Source: Botryllus schlosseri
Lineage: Eukaryota
DNA length: 64,000 nucleotides
Direction: 5' to 3'
Assembly: GCA_051294905.1 (NCBI GenBank)
Contig: CM119371.1
Coordinates: forward strand, 18,974,001-19,038,000
Part shown: positions 53,473 to 62,600 of the stretch, one piece after another
Position numbering within the stretch: the stretch's first letter is position 1
Layout: each line of letters opens with the position of its first letter
The notes under the pieces: model-generated
What the model was told of the DNA's origin: nothing
The model's database searches: none
Seen by the model: the letters and a program-made list of their open reading frames with translations, nothing else
Made by a program: the position numbers and the translations under genes

Positions 53473-53480
53473 GGTCACCA
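53463..53480 (-). other. Primer-binding site for tRNA-Trp
   Basis: TGGTGACCCCGACGTGAT, 3 nt inside the 5' LTR; complement of the eukaryotic tRNA-Trp 3' end, same PBS as avian leukosis/sarcoma viruses. Confidence 0.9.
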
Positions 53481-53483
53481 AAA

Positions 53484-53796
53484 TATAGCGTGCTCTGTCG
53501 TGGGCGCGCGTTCTTCTTGGTCCGCGGCTCGATAAGTCAAAGTAGACAAGTCAGCATTGCTCTTTTAATAAAACAACTAAAACATGACGATGCTCGTCCG
53601 ACGGATACTAAAAGACGACTGGCTCGGACGGTGACTAAAAGCGACTGACCCGGACGGTGACTAAAAGCGACTGACCCGGACGGTGACTAAAAGCGACTGC
53701 TCGTAAAAAGAGTACAACACAAGACCTAGCCTAGCAGTAACATAATCAGTGATCAGCGGGGATAATTACAGGTTAATCATGGAGCGGTACGCTACA
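53484..53796 (-). repeat. 5' LTR
   Basis: Direct repeat of 48531-48843, followed by the PBS. Confidence 0.95.
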
Positions 53797-54107
53797 ACCT
53801 CATTTGAAATAGTTACATCGATTTGTTTGAAAAGAGAATCCAACATGTTATTGACCAGACCCACTTGTGTATCGTTTGCTAAATCAGTTCCATCGCGTTT
53901 AGTGAGCTTCAAACGTAATCTCAAGAACGTGTTTTGTAGATCCATATATCGATCCGTCCTTGGTAATTGTACTTCCATGACATTACCTAAACTATGGGGT
54001 TTGACGACGACATATTGCGATTCCTCAATACTGGTTTGTGTGTGGGGTATACTAAATATGTTTAATCCAGAGTTATGACATTCTCGGGAACCCGCATGCA
54101 TCAACAT
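53797..54107 (-). pseudogene. Polinton major capsid protein (PY), 5' part
   Basis: LNIFSIPHTQTSIE, YMDLQNTFL and VNNMLDSLFKQIDV motifs typical of the Polinton MCP N-terminus. Confidence 0.9.
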
Positions 54108-54112
54108 AGTTC

Positions 54113-54484
54113 TTAGTCGAATATATCCTGTTGTTTACGACGACGTTTGGGTGAAGTGTTCTTTGACTTTGTTTTTTTCCTTTTTATAGCTTTTGGGGTT
54201 AAAATTTTATCAATTACTCGACCGCCAGCTTGTTTACTTCTCTTGACAACACTAGACTTGATCGAGTTACCCCGTAATAGATCTCTCGCTATTTCACCTC
54301 CAGTCCGTAACAATTGACCACCAGCGTATTTTGCAATAGGTGTCACTAAACGACCGAGTGATTTAAACAAACTCCCGATACCGGAGCCGGCTTGAACTCC
54401 ACCACTAAAATATCCATAACCATCACCTGTCTGGTTATAATGACGATGGACAGAATGATGATCACACGTGAAAACAACTTTCAT
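54113..54484 (-). CDS. Basic core/membrane-active virion protein candidate
   Basis: QAGSG-IGSLFKSLGRLVTP amphipathic segment and K/R-rich tail ending DIFD; immediately upstream of MCP. Confidence 0.7.
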   Translation of the reverse strand: MKVVFTCDHHSVHRHYNQTGDGYGYFSGGVQAGSGIGSLFKSLGRLVTPIAKYAGGQLLRTGGEIARDLLRGNSIKSSVVKRSKQAGGRVIDKILTPKAIKRKKTKSKNTSPKRRRKQQDIFD

Positions 54485-54876
54485 AATCGCTTCCTAATGT
54501 TAAATGTAGCTTGCAATGAACGACTTATTATATTTATAGGTTCCCCAAACTCATCCCTGAGGTAAAGACATACAGAATCTACAACATCTTTTGAAACAGG
54601 GAAATAATACGGATTTGTCGCTACCCAATTATGCGTGACATCACCAGGTGTCAGCGGTATAACTCGTAATAAACGCGCTAACACATCTCCAAGTAAGTGA
54701 GGGTTAATAATATCGCAATACACAAACAAATATTGACCAATCGCCGGTTCGGTTAAAGTGAAATCGATCTCCATGAGGGCTAATTCACAATATCTTGTCG
54801 GGATGTTGTTGATGGTGAGTAGTCTGTGTTCAAAATCAACACCAAGCATAGAGGTGGTTAACGTCACTATTTTCAT
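54481..54876 (-). CDS. Minor capsid (penton/PX-like) paralog 3, 131 aa
   Basis: ELALMEI...LFVYCDII...GD...LLRVI...PYYFPV...YLRDEFG. Confidence 0.78.
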   Translation of the reverse strand: MKIVTLTTSMLGVDFEHRLLTINNIPTRYCELALMEIDFTLTEPAIGQYLFVYCDIINPHLLGDVLARLLRVIPLTPGDVTHNWVATNPYYFPVSKDVVDSVCLYLRDEFGEPINIISRSLQATFNIRKRL

Positions 54877-55544
54877 CGTGCGTGGAGTGTCAATGTGGTC
54901 TCTATATCATGTACTAACTGACCGTATTGATCCCGGATGGTGATTTTTATATCGCGGATGTGGTTAATCGATACTGGGAAATAAAAAGGTTTTTCATATA
55001 CAACTTCTTGTCTCATACACGTCTCGTTATTTACTTGGATCACACGAAGCAATTGACTCATGTAATCACCCACCGGATGATGTCGTAGTACATTGATATA
55101 CACAAAAAGATATCTGAGGTGGGGTTGAGTTGGTTTAGGTTTGATCGACGTGACATTACATACTGGTGTCGACACTTGATCAACTACACTGAAATAATTC
55201 GTGAATATATCCGTGGGGTGGAGTGTGATACGTTTCGAGTAACGAATTCGGAAAAGTTCATCGTTGATTCTTTCGGTGAAACAGTGTTTGAAACTGTCAG
55301 ATAATATTCTTCGCGTCAACTCGAGGTTGTTTGCATAATTCCCAAGTGGTGTTAGGTACGCTTCTACTATTCGATCTTTCTCATTATGTAGCTCCCAGAG
55401 TGCTTGATCACGATTGATTATAATTCGATCAAGAGATTCACTGACAAAACTCATATCCATCAACGCAAGCTCATTACAAATAATTTCATTCGGTAACACC
55501 ACCGAGAATTCACCTTGGGTGCCAGACAACGTGATGTAACTCAT
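54873..55544 (-). CDS. Minor capsid (penton/PX-like) paralog 2, 223 aa
   Basis: YITL...ELALMDM...LFVYIN...GD...LLRVI...PFYFPV...IRDQYG. Confidence 0.78.
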   Translation of the reverse strand: MSYITLSGTQGEFSVVLPNEIICNELALMDMSFVSESLDRIIINRDQALWELHNEKDRIVEAYLTPLGNYANNLELTRRILSDSFKHCFTERINDELFRIRYSKRITLHPTDIFTNYFSVVDQVSTPVCNVTSIKPKPTQPHLRYLFVYINVLRHHPVGDYMSQLLRVIQVNNETCMRQEVVYEKPFYFPVSINHIRDIKITIRDQYGQLVHDIETTLTLHAR

Positions 55545-56371
55545 ATTGAATCAACAGCTCTACGACGGAAGCGTAGGGTTACTGTCACTGGTGCTTTTCG
55601 AAATTTAATAGGGTTGCCAGCTGCATCACGTAGATAAATTCGTATTGTTCTAAAATTGTTTCTCGCTAAAGCAAAGAAGTATGGTTTTGGGAATATGTTG
55701 ATTTGGTTTTCATTCGGTTTAGCGGTTACAGTAACCACCCGTAAAAGTTGTTGTAGTTTGTTACCGTGCGGTCTTGGTTGTATCAGATCACAATACACAT
55801 AAACCTTATCAATCCGTTCCAGCTTTACCGCAGGTGTAAATATAAATTCTACCACTCCGCGGCGACGAGATACAACGCGTCTAAATGTTATTGTATCCAA
55901 CACAGAACCAAGCGGTATCAGTCCGTAAGGCTCGGGTGAATCATGCGTGGTGCGGGGTATGTGTTTGGCGCTAGAGTCTGCGGTGTCAGTATTTATGGAT
56001 GCAGCTCGCTTGGGTCTTTTTTTACTCGTGACTAATCTTCTGAATGTGATTCTAAAGTCTCCGAATCCTTGTAAAATGAAAATGTCGCCCAAGTAATATT
56101 TCTCGTACGATTCTAACATTTCACCGATGCTGTAATACGAACCTTCGGGAATATAATACCGTTCGGTGTATCCATTTGCATCGACAAATCCAAAACCTAT
56201 ACTTTTCGCTGTCACTTCAATTCGCGGTTGGAAATCATGTGGGAAGGTCAGCTCACATAATCCTAGCTCATGGCGATTCATTTCTAATTCTTTGTAAAGT
56301 TCCGTTTGAAAATCTGTGCTAGTATTCGGAAATTTATCCAAACTCGCGTTCGAAGGTAGAGTCAACAACAT
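55541..56371 (-). CDS. Minor capsid (penton/PX) paralog 1, 276 aa
   Basis: MLLTLPSNAS...ELGLCELTFP...VYVYCDLI...LLRVV...PYFF...YLRDAAG; start placed at ATG 56371. Confidence 0.83.
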   Translation of the reverse strand: MLLTLPSNASLDKFPNTSTDFQTELYKELEMNRHELGLCELTFPHDFQPRIEVTAKSIGFGFVDANGYTERYYIPEGSYYSIGEMLESYEKYYLGDIFILQGFGDFRITFRRLVTSKKRPKRAASINTDTADSSAKHIPRTTHDSPEPYGLIPLGSVLDTITFRRVVSRRRGVVEFIFTPAVKLERIDKVYVYCDLIQPRPHGNKLQQLLRVVTVTAKPNENQINIFPKPYFFALARNNFRTIRIYLRDAAGNPIKFRKAPVTVTLRFRRRAVDSI

Positions 56372-56384
56372 TTTATTGTTTCTT

Positions 56385-56618
56385 TCAACATATACGATGA
56401 GGTGATGGATTCGGTAATAAATACCCAAGTGAAGAAGACAGTAGCGTTAAATATATCTCACGATCCACCCCGACAGAAATTTGATATAATGAAAACACGA
56501 TTACACACACTAACATACAAATCTGTACAATAAACACAATCTGGTTTTTCAGACTGTTCGAGACTTGACCCATGCGAGATGAGTCGGAATCAGAATCCAT
56601 AGTTTGGTTGAACAACAT
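56385..56618 (-). CDS. Small two-helix membrane protein
   Basis: Two hydrophobic stretches ending LLSSSLGYLLPNP; packs tightly between integrase and penton. Confidence 0.65.
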   Translation of the reverse strand: MLFNQTMDSDSDSSRMGQVSNSLKNQIVFIVQICMLVCVIVFSLYQISVGVDREIYLTLLSSSLGYLLPNPSPHRIC

Positions 56619-56627
56619 TTTCAGAGT

Positions 56628-57698
56628 CTATTTATACAAATCCGAGACCCAAGAATTAAATTTAGACGGGTAACCCAACCATTTTACAAGATATTGCGTT
56701 TTCTTTCCTTTCCTGCGAGTAGACAGGATTTTCTCGATATTATAAATATTATTATTTTTAGTTATTGGTTGTAACTCTTCACGCTGAAAGCGACCGTCTA
56801 TAACTTCACCGTGGTAGTCTTTCAACTGATAAGTAGGAGGGTCACCTTTACGACATTGAGATACGAAAAAGATTTCTTCGGTCCAACTCGCCAAGGCACT
56901 TTTTACAAAATTACCACGCGATTTCGAAATCCTGACGGGTGTGCCGATAGTTAGTTTGGGTTTTTTAGGGGTCATGTCACCGTATAACCTATGAAAAATT
57001 TGTTCTTGATTCGAATAATTAACATCCGCTGGAGGACACCCTATAGCCACGTGAAAAGTAGTGTTATACCCCTGGCATATCTCAGACAGGACACTGACAT
57101 AATTCAAAGTCTTATTATGCGTGAAATAACGGTATAACACTTGCTTCAGCGTACGAATAACACGCTCGCATATCGATGCTTTCAGTTCGCTATTTGTATG
57201 AAAATGTCGCACATTGTTCTCTTTTAAGAAAGTCTGAAACGCACGATTAGTAAACTCAGAACCCTGATCACTTTGAATAACATGAGGTATACGATCCTTA
57301 AATATTTCCTTGAATCCGCGAATAATACCTTGCGAGGTTTTGTTTTTGAGTGGATACAGATATAAAAATCGGCTGAAACAATCGATCGTCACCAACACAT
57401 ATTTAAAATTATCGTTTTCTTTTGAAAGATTTTGCATATGCATGAGATCGGTTTGATACTGAACACCAAGACCGGACGTAATCACTCTAGGTCTCTTAAA
57501 TTTCTTTCGATAGGGAAAATGTTTCGTGTACGCGTCCTTGTTCGAAAGAAACTCCTTGACTTTGGCTCTATTCCGCCCTCTAGAGAATACGTATGCACCG
57601 CGGTAACTACCAGGTAGCCCTGGTGTGAAATACTTAGTATGGCTCCCATCCGTATCGTCTCGGGGTCTTGGGTGTACGACCGCTTTTCGTCTTGGCAT
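56628..57698 (-). CDS. Polinton retroviral-like integrase with C-terminal chromodomain
   Basis: DDE motifs QTDL, QSDQGSEF, ICERVIRTLK; chromodomain YNIEKIL...YLVKWLGYP...NSWV. Confidence 0.94.
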   Translation of the reverse strand: MPRRKAVVHPRPRDDTDGSHTKYFTPGLPGSYRGAYVFSRGRNRAKVKEFLSNKDAYTKHFPYRKKFKRPRVITSGLGVQYQTDLMHMQNLSKENDNFKYVLVTIDCFSRFLYLYPLKNKTSQGIIRGFKEIFKDRIPHVIQSDQGSEFTNRAFQTFLKENNVRHFHTNSELKASICERVIRTLKQVLYRYFTHNKTLNYVSVLSEICQGYNTTFHVAIGCPPADVNYSNQEQIFHRLYGDMTPKKPKLTIGTPVRISKSRGNFVKSALASWTEEIFFVSQCRKGDPPTYQLKDYHGEVIDGRFQREELQPITKNNNIYNIEKILSTRRKGKKTQYLVKWLGYPSKFNSWVSDLYK

Positions 57699-58032
57699 GT
57701 TGAGTCTTTACTTTGCTTCGTTGGCTACTCGGTGAGTGGGGTTTAGGAATTCTTGGTGGTTCACCCTTGATCAGACGTCGCAGTGCGTCCAACTCACTAG
57801 CCGAAAATAGATTCCTTTGTTCTGATATATCGATTTTCATCGGTTGATTCAGTGTGTCGTGTTTTGTTTGATAACGATTTATAGCGTCGTTATATAAGGC
57901 TAATTTTCGTTCTTGGGGTATGTTCATCTGTAATATGTCGCTCATACATTTGTCGATATCCAAATCCAATTTCTGAACGTCAGCGGCGTTGATCGGATTC
58001 GGATTTATGAAGATTTTTTTAAAAGAAGTCAT
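57634..58032 (-). CDS. Hypothetical Polinton protein
   Basis: ATGA-coupled to the upstream gene; helical MSDIL...KLALYNDAINRY segment. Confidence 0.65.
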   Translation of the reverse strand: MTSFKKIFINPNPINAADVQKLDLDIDKCMSDILQMNIPQERKLALYNDAINRYQTKHDTLNQPMKIDISEQRNLFSASELDALRRLIKGEPPRIPKPHSPSSQRSKVKTQHAKTKSGRTPKTPRRYGWEPY

Positions 58033-58376
58033 TTTTTGAAAAGATTACCGAGTAAACCAGTGACGACGGGTAGGATGCTTGATAATAGAGTCATAAACAT
58101 ACCCCCATTCTGGTTGACCATACGTTTTTTATGTCGAATAGGGATGTCTTTCCTGACAAGTCGACGTAAACTACATTTATGAACTGATAGTCGCTTTCTT
58201 TTATACTTTGAAAGAGGGATGTTGCCGTTTAAAATGTTCTTTGTACAATCACATATACACTCGATCAACTCTCTGCTGGCACCCGATATAATTTGCTTGC
58301 GTATTTCGGGTTTACTTTTATGTAGGAACTCTAGTGTGGGTATATGCCGCCGTGTCCGAGCTGGTACCTTGGTCAT
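58029..58376 (-). CDS. Small basic Polinton protein (PW-like) with QNGG site and amphipathic C-terminus
   Basis: CICDCTKNILNGNIPL...QNGG-MFMTLLSSILPVVTGLLGNLFKK. Confidence 0.75.
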   Translation of the reverse strand: MTKVPARTRRHIPTLEFLHKSKPEIRKQIISGASRELIECICDCTKNILNGNIPLSKYKRKRLSVHKCSLRRLVRKDIPIRHKKRMVNQNGGMFMTLLSSILPVVTGLLGNLFKK

Positions 58377-58409
58377 TTTGAGTTTAAAGTCGTCTCTGTG
58401 CTTGGCTAT

Positions 58410-59021
58410 TTATACCAGTGGGCTATAAACCACCATGGTTTCACCAGGGAATATATTGGTCATAACTCGTCGATTTTCAGGTGCTTCTTGCGTGAGATCA
58501 AGGAATAAATAACTATGAGGTTGTCTAGCAGCGTCACGATAAGCCTCTGTTAAAAATCTAGAGTTTGGGTACATTTGTCGACCAAGAAAACTGATCTGCT
58601 GTTGGTCGCGCGGATTCTTGAAAATCACCATATACGAGCTTGAGAGACTCAAGTCACGTGCTCCTTTACCCTTGTGGTACAGGTTCTGCGTGATATAGCA
58701 AATTGATTTGGCTGAATGATGAGAAAATCTTGTAAAGTAGTCTGCAATTTTCGCGGTCTCAGTCATGAAATCATCCACTATAATCAAGGTGTCTTCAGAG
58801 CAAACCTTCAACTCTTCTAAAATATCTAGACCGGCGTGAAATTCTACATTATGCATCGTCTTGAAAACTTCCTGATAATTATTGTAACAATATACGACCC
58901 TGGATACACTTGGTTTAATCATTGATGTCGCATGCCTAATCAGCTTTGCAACAAAAGTAGTCTTCCCACTTCTTGAAGGACCACTCACAATACACGCGAA
59001 TGGGTGGATCAATTCCATCAT
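58410..59021 (-). CDS. A32/FtsK-like DNA packaging ATPase
   Basis: Walker A GPSRSGKT, Walker B LIIVDD, then FSHH and ITQN motifs. Confidence 0.93.
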   Translation of the reverse strand: MMELIHPFACIVSGPSRSGKTTFVAKLIRHATSMIKPSVSRVVYCYNNYQEVFKTMHNVEFHAGLDILEELKVCSEDTLIIVDDFMTETAKIADYFTRFSHHSAKSICYITQNLYHKGKGARDLSLSSSYMVIFKNPRDQQQISFLGRQMYPNSRFLTEAYRDAARQPHSYLFLDLTQEAPENRRVMTNIFPGETMVVYSPLV

Positions 59022-59651
59022 TTGTTGTTTATTGAAATCTCTATAAAGTGCATGTGTTTATATATCAACAAGCTTGGGAATATCCACTGTTGTAGTCATC
59101 TTGTTCTAGTGGAATATATAAACCCAGTAGAGTTCGATTTAACAATTTTCCCCGGGTTATGAAATCTTCATCTGTTCCTCATCGTCAGTGGAAGTTGTAG
59201 TGTTACAAACGCTTTATTCAGGTTGTCAAGCAGCTGATCCCAATCTGTAAAATAATAAATCACATAAGAGGATTCATAACACGAGAGGATTCATAGAGCT
59301 TTAAAATCTAGCAGTGTTACTATACCAAACTATAGACCTTACCACGGATCACAAGTTTTGGTGGTCTGCTTTTCATCAATCGGATATCATCGACGTTGGG
59401 AGTTGTTTGGTAGAACCAAGAATCATGAACTGTGGTAATTCCCGCTCCAATGTAATCATCTCTACATGTAAACTATTCAAATCTAATGACATAACAGACT
59501 TTAGAAAGCGTTATCCATCTGGAAAACAAATGACACGTTACCACACACAAGTCAATCAAACATATAAACAAGTAATAAATAAGTAAATCAAAATAAAATC
59601 GAACACACACAGAATATACAAATAAAATGCAATAACACACAAAATATACAA

Positions 59652-62600
59652 TTACACATTTAATGGTAGGGTTGACACACCATCCTCGAGCACTCGACGT
59701 TTGGCATAGAAATAGGACAATGTTTTACGCTGTTGTTTGTACGTATAGACACCCCCATCTCTGCACCGAAACCCCTTGTTCACTCCTCCCGTAGCTTCCT
59801 TAGATGTCAAGACACCCAGAAAATTTTCGAAATCAATTTGGTTGGATTTCTGGAGCCCTTTGGACGCTAATTTTTTCTTTGGTCCATCACAAAAGTAATT
59901 TTTGGATTGGAGCCCACAGAAAGATGTACCACCTTCATACTCCACTTTCATCAAACCCGGTTGACGGAGGTAATACGCATACGTGTCTTTGCAACACTGT
60001 CTCGAGCGATCAAAAGAAACCGGATCAGCCAAAAACTCAGTTCGGTGCTCATCGCAAAAATAGCGCGGAAACCAGTTCTCGTATTCAAGATAAAATTCAT
60101 CTCTTTTCTCAGGGATAAGAATATCGTCGAATGAGGCTGAATGCGAAAGATAGAGGGAGTCTGTGTCCATCATTAATAGCATGAAGCACTCGTCACGGAA
60201 ATATTTACACAAGCAGTCATAAAAAAACGACAACATCTTGAGCTTAGCATTGTTATACACCCAGAATCCTACTTGAATACAGTTACCCCACTTGATCGTT
60301 TTAAGTCGCTTCGTTATTTCAAACAGATCAGCGTGTAATTCGTCACATTTCACAAAAAAACGATCCTTCACATTGGCGCCCAATTCGCTTTTATCACAGT
60401 ACGAGGTTCGTTTGAATTTACGTGGATTCATCAAAACCCGACCATAACTACTGTTTCCGGCTAATTTTTGCGTTAGGGCAATGATCTCTAGGCTAGGGTC
60501 GCGGTCCCCAGCTCGTCGACAGTCTGAGACATTTTTCGCAAAGTTGTCAAAACAGGTCTTTTTTGTGAATTCGACCGCCTCATGAATTTTGGATATAATC
60601 AATCCGTGTTCAACATACCACTTGATCAAGTCGGAGGTCAACAAGATTTTCTTACCCCAGTATGAAGCAACTAACATACGCGTGGGTTTGGTGAGTAATT
60701 TACGATCAATGGCGAACTGTTTCATGTGACCTGACAAATGCTCGCGAGACACCATCGTATTTTTGAATATCGGACATAGTTCAACAAACTTCCTTTGCAA
60801 ATGATTTGGCGTAAAAATATCGACTGATAAACACCCGAAGAATGTACCACTCATTACCATCTCCATCAATTTATGTGCGGTGACAGACTTGGTTCGAGTC
60901 AATTGTGGTTGAATACCATTAAGATATCGCACAATATCAGGATTTTCCTGTTTCTCCGTGCGCCAGTCACATTCCCATTTACATATGACTTGGTAATTGA
61001 GGCTTTTGTAATAATCATGAACACGTTTAGTCCGTTCTCGACGTTCCAAATCATCACAACCAAATCTGCACTGATGTGCATGGAAATGACATCCAAGAAA
61101 AGACAAGATTACCCCTTGACCAGCTGAATTACGATAGAACCCGTCAGCAGGGTAATTACGAGCTCCTACGCGGATTTCAGGTCCATTAAAAGCATGGTGG
61201 ACATGTACATTGTGGGTATACGAATACCAGTTTAACCATTGAGCTGCTGTCTCCCCCCATTTCGGTGCGGTCTTCACCGGTTTGAATTTAGTACACTCAG
61301 CATCGAGTGGTTGCCAATGTACCGGGAAACCGGTTGGACTAGGTTCACTCAAAGCAAAAAGGTATAACGAATTGCTGTCCAGCCCTGTTACATGTTGGGT
61401 AATCTGTGCGTTTTCCTTATAAAAAACTTCTTTGATTCGAGTTTCACCCTGTTTTTGATATCGATGGAAAATGACCGACGGTCCGCCCACTAAATTGTCT
61501 CTGAATAGCGAAACCAGATCTTGGTGTTTATCATTGAACAAGGTGAAATCACGCGGAATGCTATTGAAAAGATGCCTCGATACAACCCCGGGTAGGGAGA
61601 CAGCTTCTTTGAATATATCCACACTGAATTGACTTTTGAAAGATTGAAATTGTTTTTCTAACCCCTCAATGAAGTAATGAGTATCGATTGCGTTGTACCA
61701 TTTGAGATAATCGCGTAAAGTGGTCATTTTGTTATCGTTCCAAACCTTCAAACAGTTTTCATATTCAGCTGCGGATATATTACGACCTTTTAACGAGCTG
61801 TAAAAGTCGCTGTGGCTAGGAAGACTCGGATAATCTAACTTTTCCAAACTAGTCAGAAACTCGTACGGAAAATGACCTTTAGCGGCGCTGCATTTGAAGG
61901 CTTTCAAATAAGCATCGTACGAGAACCCAGGTGCCAAGTAATTCACAATATCCAAAAATTTCAATCTGTTGGTTGTCAACGAGAGGAAGTTGTTACCCCG
62001 TTTCAATACACTCAGATTTTCATCAACGAGTAAACCCATCAAGTACTCTTTGAGACAGTTCAAGTCATACCGGCCGCCATTGAACGATAAAACAGGGATT
62101 TGTTTTAAATATCGCATGAGCTCCTCTTGTAAACGTTCAAGTGGTATTTTTTTCTCGGAAGGATCGAGTGCTTTCATTTCGGTAATTTTAGTTTCGAGCA
62201 TGCCCAAGTAGTGTTGATATTCCATCTGTAACAACCTAAATGACTCACTTTGAATATCATGAAAATGATCAACCATTTCCGCACACAAGTCGTTTGGGTC
62301 GCCGTTCGAGACAATTACATACGGTTCCAAGAACCCTTCCACATTAGAAGATATACTAACGGAAATGGGGATATGTTTACACTCCCATGAAGTTTTGGAG
62401 GAATCTGGAATATCACACTTCTCAAACATGCTCTCGATATCAAACGCGATACGGTATTTGAAATAACGAAGCTGGTGGGGAACGAACACCCCTTCTAGAT
62501 CGAGTTTTTCAAAAATGTTCAAAGGAGGGCTATACACGCCACCCGGAAACACTTCAACAGGACCCGTTGCACATTTGTGTCTGGTCAATTCATACTGCAA

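Larger units (their letters stand above)
48531..53796 (-). mobile_element. Ty3/Gypsy LTR retrotransposon, full length (5266 bp), 4-bp TSD acct
   Basis: Two 313-bp LTRs identical by eye, PBS, short PPT, gag, PR-RT-RH-IN order. acct at 48527-48530 and 53797-53800. Confidence 0.96.

Noticed and set aside
53766..53796. C-terminal tail of the 113-aa ORF treated as a separate gene
   Set aside because: It is read-through of the MCP 5' fragment into the LTR.
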